From: Macrostomum lignano
Lineage: Eukaryota
Assembly: GCA_002269645.1 (NCBI GenBank)
Contig: NIVC01000150.1
Coordinates: 62,001-126,000, forward strand
Length of the DNA: 64,000 bases
Reading direction: 5' to 3'
This document shows, piece by piece, positions 45,401 through 58,451 of this stretch (position 1 is its first letter; every line of letters starts with the position of its first letter). The notes below the pieces were generated by a model. It searched no databases. It saw only the letters and a program-made list of their open reading frames with translations, and was not told where the DNA came from. The translations under genes were made by a program, and so were the position numbers.

Positions 45401-48400
45401 GAGGACGAACTGTGTAAGTTTTTTATGCATATACTAGAAGACGTTAGCAGCCTCGTATATATATAAGTGTTGTTGATTCTTAAGTTTGAATCTGCTTCGC
45501 CACTCTCCTCATTTTTATGTACTTAATAGGCCATCAATTGAGCGGAGTTCGTGAAAAGCTGTCGGAGGCTCAAGCCGAAAATCGTCAGATGAAAGCTGAA
45601 GTTCTTCGATTGGAAGCTATCTCCGCTACGAGCTTGTCGGAATCCGACACGACCGTGGCGAGAAGCCAGGCAGTGCTCTTTCAATCTCGGCCAGCCGCAG
45701 AGCGGCAAAAGAAGGCGACCAGGTGAAGGCGCGACGAATCGCCAGTGCTGCCGAAAATGAGGGGCCGACTTCTGGAAACATATATTTCCAGACGGCGAGC
45801 TACTCGAGGAGTGAAATGCGGGCGATGTCCAAGATCGAGTGCATAACACCACCACCGCATTTATTTGCAATTAATTTCTAGCTTTTTGTTAAGGCCAAAT
45901 TTGCTGGATTCGATTTCATTAGAAACGCTCTTCGAGACATTGGCTGTCTACATTTATGAGCCCTGATAGGTCCTGGAAAATGAGACAAAATTCGTTCCTT
46001 AATTTTTGCGGAGATCTTTACAATTCTTAAGCAAGTGAATAGACAAGTCAGCTGACTTGAGTTAACTAGCTAATTAGCTGTATAGCGAGTGACCCACCTG
46101 ACAGATGCAATCAGAGGTAGGCGATGGGGATCCCTGAAGAGTAGCCAATGTCGCGATAAGGTATATAAAACCGTATACGGCTTCAAAAAAAGTTGATGGT
46201 AGCATCGAAGTCCAGCTGCCCATCCGAGTGACATTCAGAAGGTCAGCATTTTTTGTTTCTGAAAGTACGTAGAAGTGCATAGAAATATACGATTTACAGT
46301 TGTGCACAACTGAATTCAGTATTTCTGTTCGTGGACGGCTAAATCGAATTCGATTCAATTCGTAGTCGTGGAAAATGTATGGAACAATGACCCATTCTTT
46401 ATTTAATTTTCTGCTACTGTGATAAGCCCAAGATTTGGCTGCAAATCCGGTTCAATCATCCAGAATTCACCTGGATTCGTGTGCTAATCCGGTTCACTCT
46501 CCCGGAATTCGCCCGGATTTGTGTGCTGATCCGGTTCACTCGCTCGGAATTAGCCCGGATTTGTGTGCTGATCCGGTTCACTCGCCCGGAATTGTGTGCT
46601 GATCCGGTTCACTCGCCCAGAATTGTGTGCTGATCCGGTTCACTCGCCCGGAATTGTGTGCTGATCCGGTTCACTCGCCCGGAATTAGCCCGGATTTGTG
46701 TGCTGATCCGGTTTTCGTCGCCCGGAATTTAGCCCGGATTTGTGTGCTGATCCGTTCCACTCGCCCGGATCGCACCCGGAACAGTCACCGGATTTTTTTT
46801 AGCGATCCGGGTCTATTTTCCGGAATTTTTCTTTTTGATCCGGAAATTTCGCCCGGATTCTGTAAACTTTCGTTACAGATCCGGAATTTCCACCCGGATC
46901 AGATTGCATTACTGGAATAGGAAAAAATTCCGGGTGAACGCAAAAAATTCCGGGCGAAATTCCGGGTGAAAAGTTCGACGGGTGATATCTGAGTTCACTG
47001 AGTGACTGTCACTGATAGCTGAGTTCACAGAGTCGCTCCAACACTCCAACTGTTATCAGCCGCACAAAACCGCACAACTCTGCAGAGTGTCCACCAAGTC
47101 GGAGCGCAAGCTGCAGCGCGTCAATCGGGTGATCCACACGGTCACCACCACGCTGGATCCGGTTATCCGCAAGCTGGCCAAAGAGCGCAAAGGCAACGTG
47201 TTCGTCACTGACAGCATCCTGGCCACTCTGATGTGCTGCACTCGCAGCCACTACAGCTGGGACATTGTGGTGCAGAAACTCGGCGACACTCTGTTCTTTG
47301 ACAAACGCGAAGGCAGCGACTTCGATCTGTTGACTGTACACGAGACCGCTGCCGACCAGACCCTTGACGATTCGGCTAACGGACTGAATTCGGCTAAGAA
47401 CCTGGCTCTGGAGGCCACCTTCATCAACCACAACTTTAGCCAGCAGGTGTTGCGCAACGGTGACAAGAAATTCTCATTCGACAATAAGAATCCTTTCGTT
47501 GAGGACGAGGAAGAGGAGGCGGAAGTGGCCAGCGTTGGCTATCGCTACCGGTCCTGGAACCTCGGCGGAGACAAACTCAACCTTGTGGTCCGCTGCGAGC
47601 ACGACGCCGTTACTCAGGTTTGTTCAGCTTGCGTGTGTTTTTCCGATTGGATTGTTTTAACAAACCTTCGGGACCTTCATATCGTCTTGTATCAGAAGTT
47701 CTCAGTGTCGGCAGCATGAAGAAGTTTTCGCTGTCTTGATTCTGAAGTTTTAATTGTCTCGATCCTGAAGTTTTAATTGTCTTAATTCTGAAGTTTTAGT
47801 TGTCTCGGTCCTGAAGTTTTCGCTGTCTCTATCCTGAAGTTTTAGCTGTCTCAATCCTGAAGTTTTAGCTGTCTCTATCCTGAAGTTTTAGCTGTCTCTA
47901 TCCTGAAGTTTTAGCTGTCTCAATCCTGAAGTTTTAGCTGTCTCAATCCTTAAGTTTCAATTGTCTCAATCCTGAAGTTTTAGCTGTCTCAATCCTGAAG
48001 TTTTAGCTGTCTCAATCCTGAAGTTTTAGCTGTCTCAATCCTGAAGTTTTAGCTGTCTCTATCCTGAAGTTTTAGCTGTCTCAATCCTTAAGTTTTAGCT
48101 GTCTCTATCCTGAAGTTTTAGCTGTCTCAATCCTGAAGTTTCAAATGTCTCAATCCTGAAGTTTTAGCTGTCTCAATCCTGAAGTTTTAGCTGTCTCTAT
48201 CCTGAAGTTTTAGCTGTCTCAATCCTTAAGTTTTAGCTGTCTCTATCCTGAAGTTTTAGTCGATAAACGCATCCCCAAGGCACAGCGAGTGTACCTGCCT
48301 GATGATTAGAAAGTCAGGGCCGCTGTAAACCCTGTGTGAGCGTCTGTAGGAGTGCGTGCTGTGTACAGTAGTAACCAAACCCACTTTAGGGCCCCAACGA

Positions 48401-48902
48401 GGAGGTGCAGTTCATAAACATCAAAGCTCTGAACGAGTTCGACCCGCGCGTGCCGGGCGCCGTTGACTGGCGCAGCAAGATGGACTCGCAGCGGGGAGCC
48501 GTGCTGGCCGCCGAGCTTAAGAACAACGCCTTCAAGCTGGCCAAGTGGACGGTCTGTTCGCTGTTGGCCGGCTCAGACCAGCTCAAGCTGGGCTACGTGT
48601 CCCGCGTGAACCCCAAGGACTCCAGCAAGCACGTGATCCTGGGCACCCAGCAGTTCAAGCCGAACGAGTTCGCCTCCCAGATCAATCTGTCCATGGAGAA
48701 CTGCTGGGGCATTTTCAAGTGCTTGGTGAACACCCTGATGGACAGGCCCAACGGCAAGTACCTGGTGTTGAAGGATCCCAACAAGCAGATGATTCGGCTG
48801 TACGACATTCCTAACAACTCCTTCGAGTCGGACGACGAGGACGAAGAAGGCGACGACGGCCAAGACGAGGACGACGAGCGCGACGGCGACGGCAGCGATT
48901 GA
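36461..48902 (+). CDS. EIF3D: Eukaryotic translation initiation factor 3 subunit D (5 coding exons)
   Basis: Exons 36461-36601, 42423-42468, 42554-43031, 47086-47617 and 48390-48902 join in frame. Motifs: [61 protein letters not shown]. Confidence 0.96.
38775..38848 (+). pseudogene. Short decayed 28S rRNA fragment (helix 69-71 region)
   Basis: GGTAAACGGCAGGAGTAACTATGAC...AGCTAAATGCCTCGCCAGCTAATCAGTG versus eukaryotic 28S GGTAAACGGCGGGAGTAACTATGACTCTCTTAAGGTAGCCAAATGCCTCGTCATCTAATTAGTG. Confidence 0.8.
39290..39930. repeat. CT-rich then GA-rich low-complexity tract
   Basis: Polypyrimidine 39290-39730 followed by polypurine 39790-39930. Confidence 0.8.
40185..40400. repeat. ~21-bp TTTGCGACTTACCTAATCCT array
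   Basis: Visible tandem units; GCGACTTA also occurs at 38715-38750 and 40510. Confidence 0.8.
43085..43435. repeat. 30-bp minisatellite, resumed at 46983-47030 after a transposon
   Basis: ACTGAGTGACTGTCACTGATAGCTGAGTCC units on both sides of the insertion. Confidence 0.9.
43436..46982. mobile_element. Non-autonomous DNA transposon with CCC termini and 2-bp TSD (CMC/EnSpm-like)
   Basis: TIR CCCGTCGAAC(G/T)TTTCACCCGGAATTT at both ends; TG duplicated; dense CCGGA subterminal repeats (120-bp units left, ~30-bp units right); no transposase ORF. Superfamily assignment is inference. Confidence 0.8.
45368..45726 (+). CDS. Possible small two-exon coiled-coil ORF inside the transposon
   Basis: GT-AG intron 45414-45529 joins ...[31 protein letters not shown] in frame; function unknown. 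Confidence 0.35.
47720..48260. repeat. 23-bp minisatellite filling EIF3D intron 4
   Basis: TCCTGAAGTTTTAGCTGTCTCAA units. Confidence 0.9.
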
Positions 48903-49189
48903 AGAGCTTGATTGGACCCGGGACTTTTGAAGGTTGAACACTGGTTTCAGTTCTCAGAGTTGCTATTGTAGTTTGCGGATGTTCGTTCTGACAATGTTGG
49001 CCTGCTGGGGCCCCTCTGAGGTGTTGGAAGACAAATAAAATTTAGTCAATGCGATGAACGAATTCGAGTTTTATGATGCTGGTTTGTTTGGTTGATAGGC
49101 AAACTGATAATTGTATAGTTTCTTCTATTTTGCACCTTTGTCTTCTTTATTTGTTGTTTGTAATCAGTGAGGCTGTTACTGAACTCCTG

Positions 49190-50585
49190 AACAATCGGGG
49201 GGGGGGGGGGGGAGGCTGAGCTGCGGCACTCCTGAAGAATCGGGGGGGGATGGGCTGAGGTGCGGCACTCCTGAAGAATCGGGGGGGTGGGCTGAGGTGC
49301 GGCACTCCTGAAGAATCGGGGGGGGATGGGCTGAGGTGCGGCACTCCTGAAGAATCGGGGGGGGGATGGGCTGAGGTACGGCACTCCTGAAGAATCGGGG
49401 GGATGGGCTGAGGTGCGGCACTCCTGAAGAATCGGGGGGGGGTGGGCTGAGGTGCGGCACTCCTGAAGAATCGGGGGGGATGGGCTGAGGTGCGGCACTC
49501 CTGAAGAATCGGGGGGGGGGGGGGGATGGGCTGAGCTGCGGCACTCCTGAAGAATCGGGGGATGCTGAGCTGCGGCACCAACTGAAGAATCGGGGGAGGC
49601 TGAGCTGCGGCACTCCTGAAGAATCGGGGGGAGGCTGAGCTGCGGCACCAACTGAAGAATCGGGGGAGGCTGAGCTGCGGCACCAACTGAAGAATCGGGG
49701 AGGCTGAGCTGCGGCACCAACTGAAGAATCGGGGGAGGCTGAGCTGCGGCACTCCTGAAGAATCGGGGGAGGCTGAGCTGCGGCACCAACTGAAGAATCG
49801 GGGGGAGGCTGAGCTGCGGCACCAACTGAAAAATCGGGGGAGGCTGAGCTGCGGCACCAACTGAAGAATCGGGGGAGGCTGAGCTGCGGCACCAACTGAA
49901 GAATCGGGGGAGGCTGAGCTGCGGCACCAACTGAAGAATCGGGGGAGGCTGAGCTGCGGCACCAACTGAAGAATCGGGGGAGGCTGAGCTGCGGCACTCC
50001 TGAAGAATCGGGGGGAGGCTGAGCTGCGGCACTCCTGAAGAATCGGGGGAGGCTGAGCTGCGGCACTCCTGAAGAATCGGGGGGAGGCTGAGCTGCGGCA
50101 CCAACTGAAGAATCGGGGGGAGGCTGAGCTGCGGCACCAACTGAAGAATCGGGGGGAGGCTGAGCTGCGGCACCAACTGAAGAATCGGGGGGAGGCTGAG
50201 CTGCGGCACCAACTGAAGAATCGGGGGGAGGCTGAGCTGCGGCACCAACTGAAGAATCGGGGGGAGGCTGAGCTGCGGCACCAACTGAAGAATCGGGGGG
50301 AGGCTGAGCTGCGGCACTCCTGAAGAATCGGGGGGAGGCTGAGCTGCGGCACCAACTGAAGAATCGGGGGGAGGCTGAGCTGCGGCACCAACTGAAGAAT
50401 CGGGGGAGGCTGAGCTGCGGCACCAACTTAAGAATCGGGGGGAGGCTGAGCTGCGGCACCAACTGAAGAATCGGGGGGAGGCTGAGCTGCGGCACCAACT
50501 GAAGAATCGGGGGGAGGCTGAGCTGCGGCACCAACTGAAGAATCGGGGGGAGGCTGAGGTGCGGCACCAACTGAAGAATCTGGGG
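49190..50585. repeat. ~36-bp G-rich minisatellite
   Basis: CTGAAGAATCGGGGGGAGGCTGAGCTGCGGCACCAA units with variable G-runs. Confidence 0.92.
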
Positions 50586-50822
50586 GGCAGAGTGTCAATT
50601 GCGTCTCGCCAAAGCTTGAAATACAGTATATTTCTATACACAATCTACTCATGTGAGCTTACTTTTAGTAATGCAGTTTGGGCATAAGTCAATTAAGTTT
50701 ATTTTTAGCTGTCGCCCATATCTCCAGCCATAGACAACAGGTGCGATTGCAACAGTCTGCTATATAGTCATGGAGCCAATTTTAAATCACCACATGCAAG
50801 TCTCAGATTGCTCAATCACGAT

Positions 50823-53800
50823 ATGAGTCAGCAGCCAATACTGCAGGTTCGCAGTGTCGAACGTCTGCCTTACGCATCGGCAGAGCCCAGATGGCTGGCC
50901 CTGGAACCCCAGTCTGGCAGCATTCTTATCTACAACTCGCGACGAGCTGAGCTCTTCTCATTTGATGAGAACTCAAAGCTCAGCCTCAAGGCCGATCTCA
51001 GCGCAGCTTTGGCCGACAAGTACCGGCCGAGACAGGTGAAATTCTGCGGCAGAACCGGCTCGAAACTTTTGGTGACCGCCGGCACGGATCGGAAATGCCA
51101 CCTGGTGGATTCGAACTCGGGAGCCTCGCTGGCTAGTACTCTAGGCGAGCACGAGTTCTTTGCAGTTGAGCAGATGGACAAATTTGTTTATCTAATTGAC
51201 TATCAGCAGGAGCTGCTGGTCAGGTACAACTGGCCCTGTCTGCGGAATGCCTGCGCTCTGAGGTGTGCAGGGAATCTGGTTCGGAGATACTTGTCCTTAG
51301 CTCGTCTGTAGACAGTCTGTAAGACACGGGTGCCACAGTCTGTAAGACACGGGGACACAGTCTGTAAGACACGGGTGCCACAGTCTGTAAGACACGGGTG
51401 CCACAGTCCATTAGACACGGGTGCCACAGTCTGTAAGACACGGGTGTCAGTCTGTAAGACACGGGTACCACAGTCTGTAAGACACGGGTGCCACAGTCTG
51501 TAAGACACGGGTGTCAGTCTGTAAGACACGGGTACCACAGTCTGTAAGACACGGGGACACAGTCTGTAAGACACGGGTACCACAGTCTGTAAGACACGGG
51601 TGCCACAGTCTGTAAGACACGGGTGTCAGTCTGTAAGACACGGGTGCCACAGTCTGTAAGACACGGGTACCACAGTCTGTAAGACACGGGTACCACAGTC
51701 TGTAAGGCACGGGTGCCACAGTCTGTAAGACACGGATGTCAGTCTGTAAGACACGGGTGCCACAGTCTGTAAGACACGGATGTCAGTCTGTAAGACACGG
51801 GTGCCACAGTCTGTAAGACACGGGTGTCAGTCTGTAAGACACGGGTGCCACAGTCTGTAAGACACGGGTATCACAGTCTGTAAGACACAGGTACCACAGT
51901 CTGTAAGACACGTGTACCACAGTCCATTAGACACGGGGACCACAGTCTGTAAGACACGGGTGTCAGTCTGTAAGACACGGGTGCCACAGTCTGTAAGACA
52001 CGGGTATCACAGTCTGTAAGACACAGGTACCACAGTCTGTAAGACACGTGTACCACAGTCCATTAGACACGGGGACCACAGTCTGTAAGACACGGGTGTC
52101 AGTCTGTAAGACACGGGTGCCACAGTCTGTAAGACACGGGTGCCACAGTCTGTAAGACACAGGTACCACAGTCTGTAAGACACGTGTACCACAGTCCATT
52201 AGACACGGGTACCACAGTCTGTTAGACACGGGTGCCACAGTCTGTAGGACGCAGAGATCAGTCTGTAAATTGTATATAAAAGCCTTGTTCGTCTGATCCG
52301 CGCAGTTTAATTCGAAAGACGGACTCCGCCATGTGTACAGTTCTCGAAAATCTGCACCCCTGGGACGTGGCAATGGCCGCTGGCTACCCGTTGATAACAA
52401 AGTCCTATGGTAGTTCCACCTTCCCAGAAACCCACGCTGCTGTGTGTCTCAGCGCGCATCAGAAGCTGTGGATGGCAGCTCTGGAGAAGCCCGAGAAGCC
52501 AACGCATGCAACTCACAGACAGAGGTCCGATAAACGAAAAGCGGATGGAGACAAACAGGTAAAAAATTGTTCAGATGTGTCGACTGATTTTGGCTGCAAG
52601 TGTGTCTCGACATAGCATAGACTGTTGAAAGAGGGGTGAGTGGGGTGGGTGTCCCGATATCGGCATAGACTGTAGAAAGAGAGGGGTGAGTGATGTGGGT
52701 GTCCCGATATCGGCATAGACTAGTAAAAGAGAGAGGGGTGAATGGGGTGGGTGTCCCAATATCGTCATAAACTGTAGAAAGAGAGAGGGTGAGTGGGGTG
52801 GGTGTCCCGAAATCGGCATAGACTGTAGAAAAAGAGAGGGTGAGTGGGGTGGGTGTCCCGATATCGGCATAGACTAGTAAAAGAGAGATGGGTGAGTGGG
52901 GTGGGTGTCCCAATATCGTCATTGTAGAAAGAGAGAGGGTGAGTGGGGTGGATGTCCCGAAATCGGCATAGACTGTAGAAAGAGAGAGGGTGAGTGGGGT
53001 GGGTGTCCCGAAATCGGCATAGACTGTAGAAAAAGAGAGGGTGAGTGGGGTGGGTGTCCCGATATCGGCATAGACTAGTAAAAGAGAGATGGGTGAGTGG
53101 GGTGGGTGTCCCAATATCGTCATTGTAGAAAGAGAGAGGGTGAGTGGGGTGGGTGTCCCGAAATCGGCATAGACTGTAGAAAGAGAGAGGGTGAGTGGGG
53201 TGGGTGTCCTGAAATCGGCATAGACTGTAGAAAAAGAGAGGGTGAGTGGGGTGGGTGTCCTGAAATCGGCATAGACTGTAGAAAGAGAGAGGGTGAGTGG
53301 GGTGGGTGTCCCGAAATCGGCATAGACTGTAGAAAAAGAGAGGGTGAGTGGGGTGGGTGTCCCGATATCGGCATAGACTGTAGAAAGAGAGGGGTGAGTG
53401 GGGTGGGTGTCCCGATATCGGCATAGACTAGTAAAATAGAGAGGGGTGAGTGGGGTGGGTGTCCCAAATATCGTCATAAACTGTAGAAAGAGAGAGGGTG
53501 AGTGGAGTGGGTGTCCCGAAATCGGCATAGACTGTAGAAAAAGAGAGGGTGAGTGGGGTGGGTGTCCCGATTTCGGCATAGACTAGAAAGAGAGAGTAAT
53601 GAGTGGGTGGTAGTCCCGATATCAGCATAGACAGTGGGGACAGAAGGGTATAGATTTTCTACAGTTTACCAAGAGAGATTTCAAGAAGTTTGTCGTCTGT
53701 TGCTTAGCAAACAATCGCTAACGATTACTGGGAGTGTTTGCACTGGCCCTAAAAATAACTGACAGTTCCTAATTGCAGCGTCTAGTACGAGTATTCCCTG

Positions 53801-54250
53801 ACTAAAAGTGCACACATTTTTGGCTCTCTGTCAGTTACATTAAGATAACTTTTTCCCCATTGCTCGGCTCCGTCGATCTAGCCGTTCAACCGGTGCTACG
53901 GAAAATACTGGTTACCAGGCGACCGGTACCTGGCCTGCGACCAGGGCATCGGTGGCGTCATCGGTGGCGTGCTGTACTTGAGCAGCCCTGCCGAAGGCTC
54001 AATCTACGCGTACAGCCTGTCTGAGGCTCCGTCAGCTAGCGAGCCGGGCAACCCTCTGAAGCCGAGCTTTGCTAATCGGGCCGAGCTCTACCTGCCGGAG
54101 GCGTTGGCCAACTTCGACTTTACGGAAGGCGGCGGCTGTCTGCGACCGGCCAGTCTGGCGTTCGACTCGCGGGCTCGCCTCCTCAGAGCTCTGGTTGGCG
54201 ACTCGCATGCCGGCGTCAGCCACCTGCTGACCTGCGAGCTGCGCGCCTGA
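50823..54250 (+). CDS. Uncharacterised 353-aa beta-propeller/NHL-like protein (3 exons)
   Basis: Exons 50823-51262, 52306-52558 and 53882-54250 join in frame with GT/AG. Blade-like motifs: EPRWLAL, HPWDVAM, LRPASLAFD. The 5' start is uncertain. Confidence 0.68.
51311..52250. repeat. ~23-bp intronic minisatellite
   Basis: CAGTCTGTAAGACACGGGTGCCA units. Confidence 0.92.
52620..53640. repeat. ~51-bp intronic minisatellite
   Basis: GGGTGAGTGGGGTGGGTGTCCCGAAATCGGCATAGACTGTAGAAAGAGAGA units. Confidence 0.92.
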
Positions 54251-54269
54251 GGCTGCGGTGGAGCTCTCT

Positions 54270-54855
54270 GGGGGGACGCGGAACTTTTTGGGGGGCGTAC
54301 CTTTTTGGGGGTGGGCGTAACTTGTTGGGGGCGTAACTTGTTGGGGGGTGGGGCGGAACTTGTTGGGGGGTGGGGCGGAACTTGTTGAGGGCGGAACTTG
54401 TTGGGGGCGGAACTTGTTGGGGGGTTGGGGCGGAACTTGTTGAGGGGCGGAACTCGTTGGGGGGCGGAACTCGTTGAGGGGCCGGAACTCGTTGGGGGGC
54501 GGAACTCGTTGGGGGGGGGGAACTTGTTGGGGGCGGAACTCGTTGGGGCGGAACTTTTTGGGGGGGGGGCGGAACTTTTTGGGGGGCGAAATTCGTTGGG
54601 AGACGAAACGTGTTGGGGAACTTTGTTGGAGGCAGAACTTTTTGAGGGGGAACTTGTTGGGTGGGGGGCGGAACTCGTTGGGGGAGGGGCGGAACTCGTT
54701 GGGGGGAGGGGCGGAACTCGTTGGGGGGAGGGCGGAACTCGTTGGGGGGAGGGGCGGAACTCGTTGGGGGGAGGGGCGGAACTCGTTGGGGGGAGGGGCG
54801 GGACTCGTTGGGGGAGGGGCGGAACTCGTTGGGGGAGGGGCGGAACTCGTTGGGT
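54270..54855. repeat. ~20-bp G-rich array
   Basis: GGGGCGGAACTCGTTGGGGG units. Confidence 0.9.
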
Positions 54856-55287
54856 TACAAAACTCGCAATATGCGGAACGCTTGAGAAATGGTTTAATTC
54901 AAATTTCTAACTGTTCACTCTTACAATGTTTATAATTTTTAGTAAGCAAAGGAAGATAAAAGTGGTCAGTTTTCTGGACTGAGATTGTATCAATATTTGA
55001 AAGGAGCGGTATTATTCATAGGGTGCAGGGGGGCCATCGGCCATCATGCTGGAAATGAGAGAATGAGCTCTCGCGGTAGCTGCACTGCAATGTATGAGAT
55101 ATGCAAATCTCTCGCATTTAATCTACTTATTCAATCTAGATCTATCACGCGGTTTTGCAGAACCCACAGCTGCCAGTGAATTGCTTAAGGAGTCACGGCA
55201 TAAACGGCCGTCCGATTCGCCATTTTCCCTTCATTTCTTCCCCCTTCTTTTCTTCAGTTCCATTTCTGGCACTGTGCCAAAGCTTCC

Positions 55288-55288
55288 A

Positions 55289-55329
<41 letters not shown>

Positions 55330-55350
55330 GCCTGTCTGTCTGTCTGTCTT

Positions 55351-55387
<37 letters not shown>

Positions 55388-55408
55388 GTGTCTGTCTGTC
55401 TGTCTGTG

Positions 55409-55439
<31 letters not shown>

Positions 55440-55460
55440 GTGTCTGTCTGTCTGTCTGTG

Positions 55461-55499
<39 letters not shown>

Positions 55500-55520
55500 G
55501 TGTCTGTCTGTCTGTCTGTG

Positions 55521-55560
<40 letters not shown>

Positions 55561-55564
55561 GATG

Positions 55565-55595
<31 letters not shown>

Positions 55596-55596
55596 G

Positions 55597-55635
<39 letters not shown>

Positions 55636-55797
55636 GTGTCTGTCTGTCTGTCTGTCTGTCTATGTGTCTGTCTGTCTGTCTGTCTGTCTATGTGTCTGTC
55701 TGTCTGTCTGTCTGTCTATGTGTCTGTCTGTCTGTCTGTCTGTCTATGTGTCTGTCTGTCTGTCTGTCTGTCTATGTGTCTGTCTGTCTGTCTGTAT
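55288..55797. repeat. (TCTG)n microsatellite
   Basis: Directly visible. Confidence 0.95.
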
Positions 55798-56414
55798 TCT
55801 AACGTCACCTGAATATCAAACCGCAGAAATCAGCGGGTTTTATGCGAGTTACTGTATCAGATTTTCTCCTCAAACATCTTATGCATTCATATCGCATACA
55901 TCTAGATATTTAATATATAGGATGAAGGCTACTCGCCATCCGCCGCGATTCGCCTCTCCCCCCCAAGCCTCGCCGTTTCATTTGGTTCCAACCGGGCGAG
56001 GCCGCCCAGTCTCTCTGCAAGCGGGGACCCCCGCAACCCTCGGCCCCCATCAATCACCCGAGAGAGCGGCCGGTTGGCCAACTGGACTGAAGCTCGAGAG
56101 CTATTTATAGCACTTGCTCCTAGGAGAGGAGAGAAAACTCGCTGGCGGAATACGCCTTGCAGATCTGTGCGGCTCGAGCTGGAAAGAAGCTCGCCTTGCC
56201 GCTGCCTGCTGTGTGGTGTGTGTGGAAACTCCCGGAGAGGGATTTTCATACTCCAGGGAAATTGATGGGGCCCAGGCTTTTTCGTCGCGGCTCTCTCTGT
56301 AAGGCTTCTGAGATGCTATAGCATGAGACGGTTTTTACTGCTCTAACGGGTTTCGAGCTGATTGCATAATCTGCTTGAATAGCTAATTTTCTTGACTGAT
56401 TCACTGGCTAACTC

Positions 56415-57880
56415 ATGATGCTGGCTGGCTAGATTAGCAATCCATTCTATTCCTTCATCAGTGATGTTGGCTAGATTAGCAATCCATTCTATTCCTTCAT
56501 CAGTGATGTTGGCTAGATTAGCAATCCATTCTATTCCTTCATCAGTGATGTTGGCTAGATTAGCAATCCATTCTATTCCTTCATCAGTGATGCTGGCTAG
56601 ATTAGCAATCCATTCTATTCCTTCATCAGTGATGTTGGCTAGATTAGCAATCCATTCTATTCCTTCATCAGTGATGCTGGCTAGATTAGCAATCCATTCT
56701 ATTCCTTCATCAGTGATGTTGGCTAGATTAGCAATCCATTCTATTCCTTCATCAGTGATGCTGGCTAGATTAGCAATCCATTCTATTCCTTCATCAGTGA
56801 TGCTGGCTAGATTAGCAATCCATTCTATTCCTCCATCAGTGATGTTGGCTAGATTAGCAATCCATTCTATTCCTCTATCAGTGATGCTGGCTAGATTAGC
56901 AATCCATTCTATTCCTTCATCAGTGATGTTGGCTAGATTAGCAATCCATTCTATTCCTTCATCAGTGATGTTGGCTAGATTAGCAATCCATTCTATTCCT
57001 TCATCAGTGATGTTGGCTAGATTAGCAATCCATTCTATTCCTTCATCAGTGATGCTGGCTAGATTAGCAATCCATTCTATTCCTTCATCAGTGATGTTGG
57101 CTAGATTAGCAATCCATTCTATTCCTTCATCAGTGATGCTGGCTAGATTAGCAATCCATTCTATTCCTTCATCAGTGATGTTGGCTAGATTAGCAATCCA
57201 TTCTATTCCTTCATCAGTGATGCTGGCTAGATTAGCAATCCATTCTATTCCTTCATCAGTGATGCTGGCTAGATTAGCAATCCATTCTATTCCTCCATCA
57301 GTGATGTTGGCTAGATTAGCAATCCATTCTATTCCTCTATCAGTGATGCTGGCTAGATTAGCAATCCATTCTATTCCTCCATCAGTGATGTTGGCTAGAT
57401 TAGCAATCCATTCTATTCCTTCATCAGTGATGCTGGCTAGATTAGCAATCCATTCTATTCCTTCATCAGTGATGCTGGCTAGATTAGCAATCCATTCTAT
57501 TCCTTCATCAGTGATGTTGGCTAGATTAGCAATCCATTCTATTCCTTCATCAGTGATGTTGGCTAGATTAGCAATCCATTCTATTCCTTCATCAGTGATG
57601 TTGGCTAGATTAGCAATCCATTCTATTCCTTCATCAGTGATGTTGGCTAGATTAGCAATCCATTCTATTCCTCTATCAGTGATGCTGGCTAGATTAGCAA
57701 TCCATTCTATTCCTCTATCAGTGATGCTGGCTAGATTAGCAATCCATTCTATTCCTCTATCAGTGATGCTGGCTAGATTAGCAATCCATTCTATTCCTCT
57801 ATCAGTGATGCTGGCTAGATTAGCAATCCATTTTATTCCTCTATCAGTGATGCTGGCTAGATTAGCAATCCATTTTATAC
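56415..57880. repeat. Homogeneous 42-bp minisatellite
   Basis: ATG(C/T)TGGCTAGATTAGCAATCCATTCTATTCCTTCATCAGTG repeated about 35 times. Confidence 0.95.
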
Positions 57881-58451
57881 TGTTTCCGAGTTAAAAGACG
57901 AGATTTCCATCTAATCGAGTAGTTGATATTTATTAATAACTAACTGAATTTCGATATATTTTAATTATTTTCTATTTCTTTTATCATATTCGATAGTTAC
58001 TATATCAAAATTAGCACAGAACTCCCCCCTGAAGATACCAATAACTACAATGAAAGATAAAATGACGCACTTTCGATGCAATTTGCACTATGTATGAATA
58101 AAACATGGCTCAGTATTTCAAGGGGGAATGCCAACCGTTAATGCTAACGAGAGAGCTGAACAAATACAAAGTTTTATTATGGAGGAAATTGCTAGATTGA
58201 ATAAGTATAACTAATCGACAAACTAACAGAACTGACTGGATAAAGTCGAAGAAAATCTGTTTCGGATTAACACGGCTAGTACTTTTAGTTCGATAGTCTA
58301 GCGCCTGAGCTCTCATGTCCTTCTTTGCTCTCGGGATCACTGCTTTCAACTCTAGGCTTCGATCCCTCCACCTGCTCAGCTCCCAGGGCGGGCTCAACGG
58401 TCCAACTGCTACAGAGTGTTTGAGCAAGCCAAGTCTGTCAGTTTCCTGAAC

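Noticed and set aside
49046-50652. 400-530-aa Pro-rich ORFs and a possible hammerhead array (CTGAAGA fits CUGANGA)
   Set aside because: Satellite translations; there is no GAAA core or stem II/III to complete a hammerhead.
55860-56310. Possible solo LTR or Penelope-type repeat (TATA-like GCTATTTATAGC, GC-rich body)
   Set aside because: No TG...CA ends, TSD or second copy could be identified in the window.
56461-57894. 477-aa ORF, and CRISPR-like regularity
   Set aside because: Contiguous 42-bp tandem units with no unique spacers and no cas genes; eukaryotic context.
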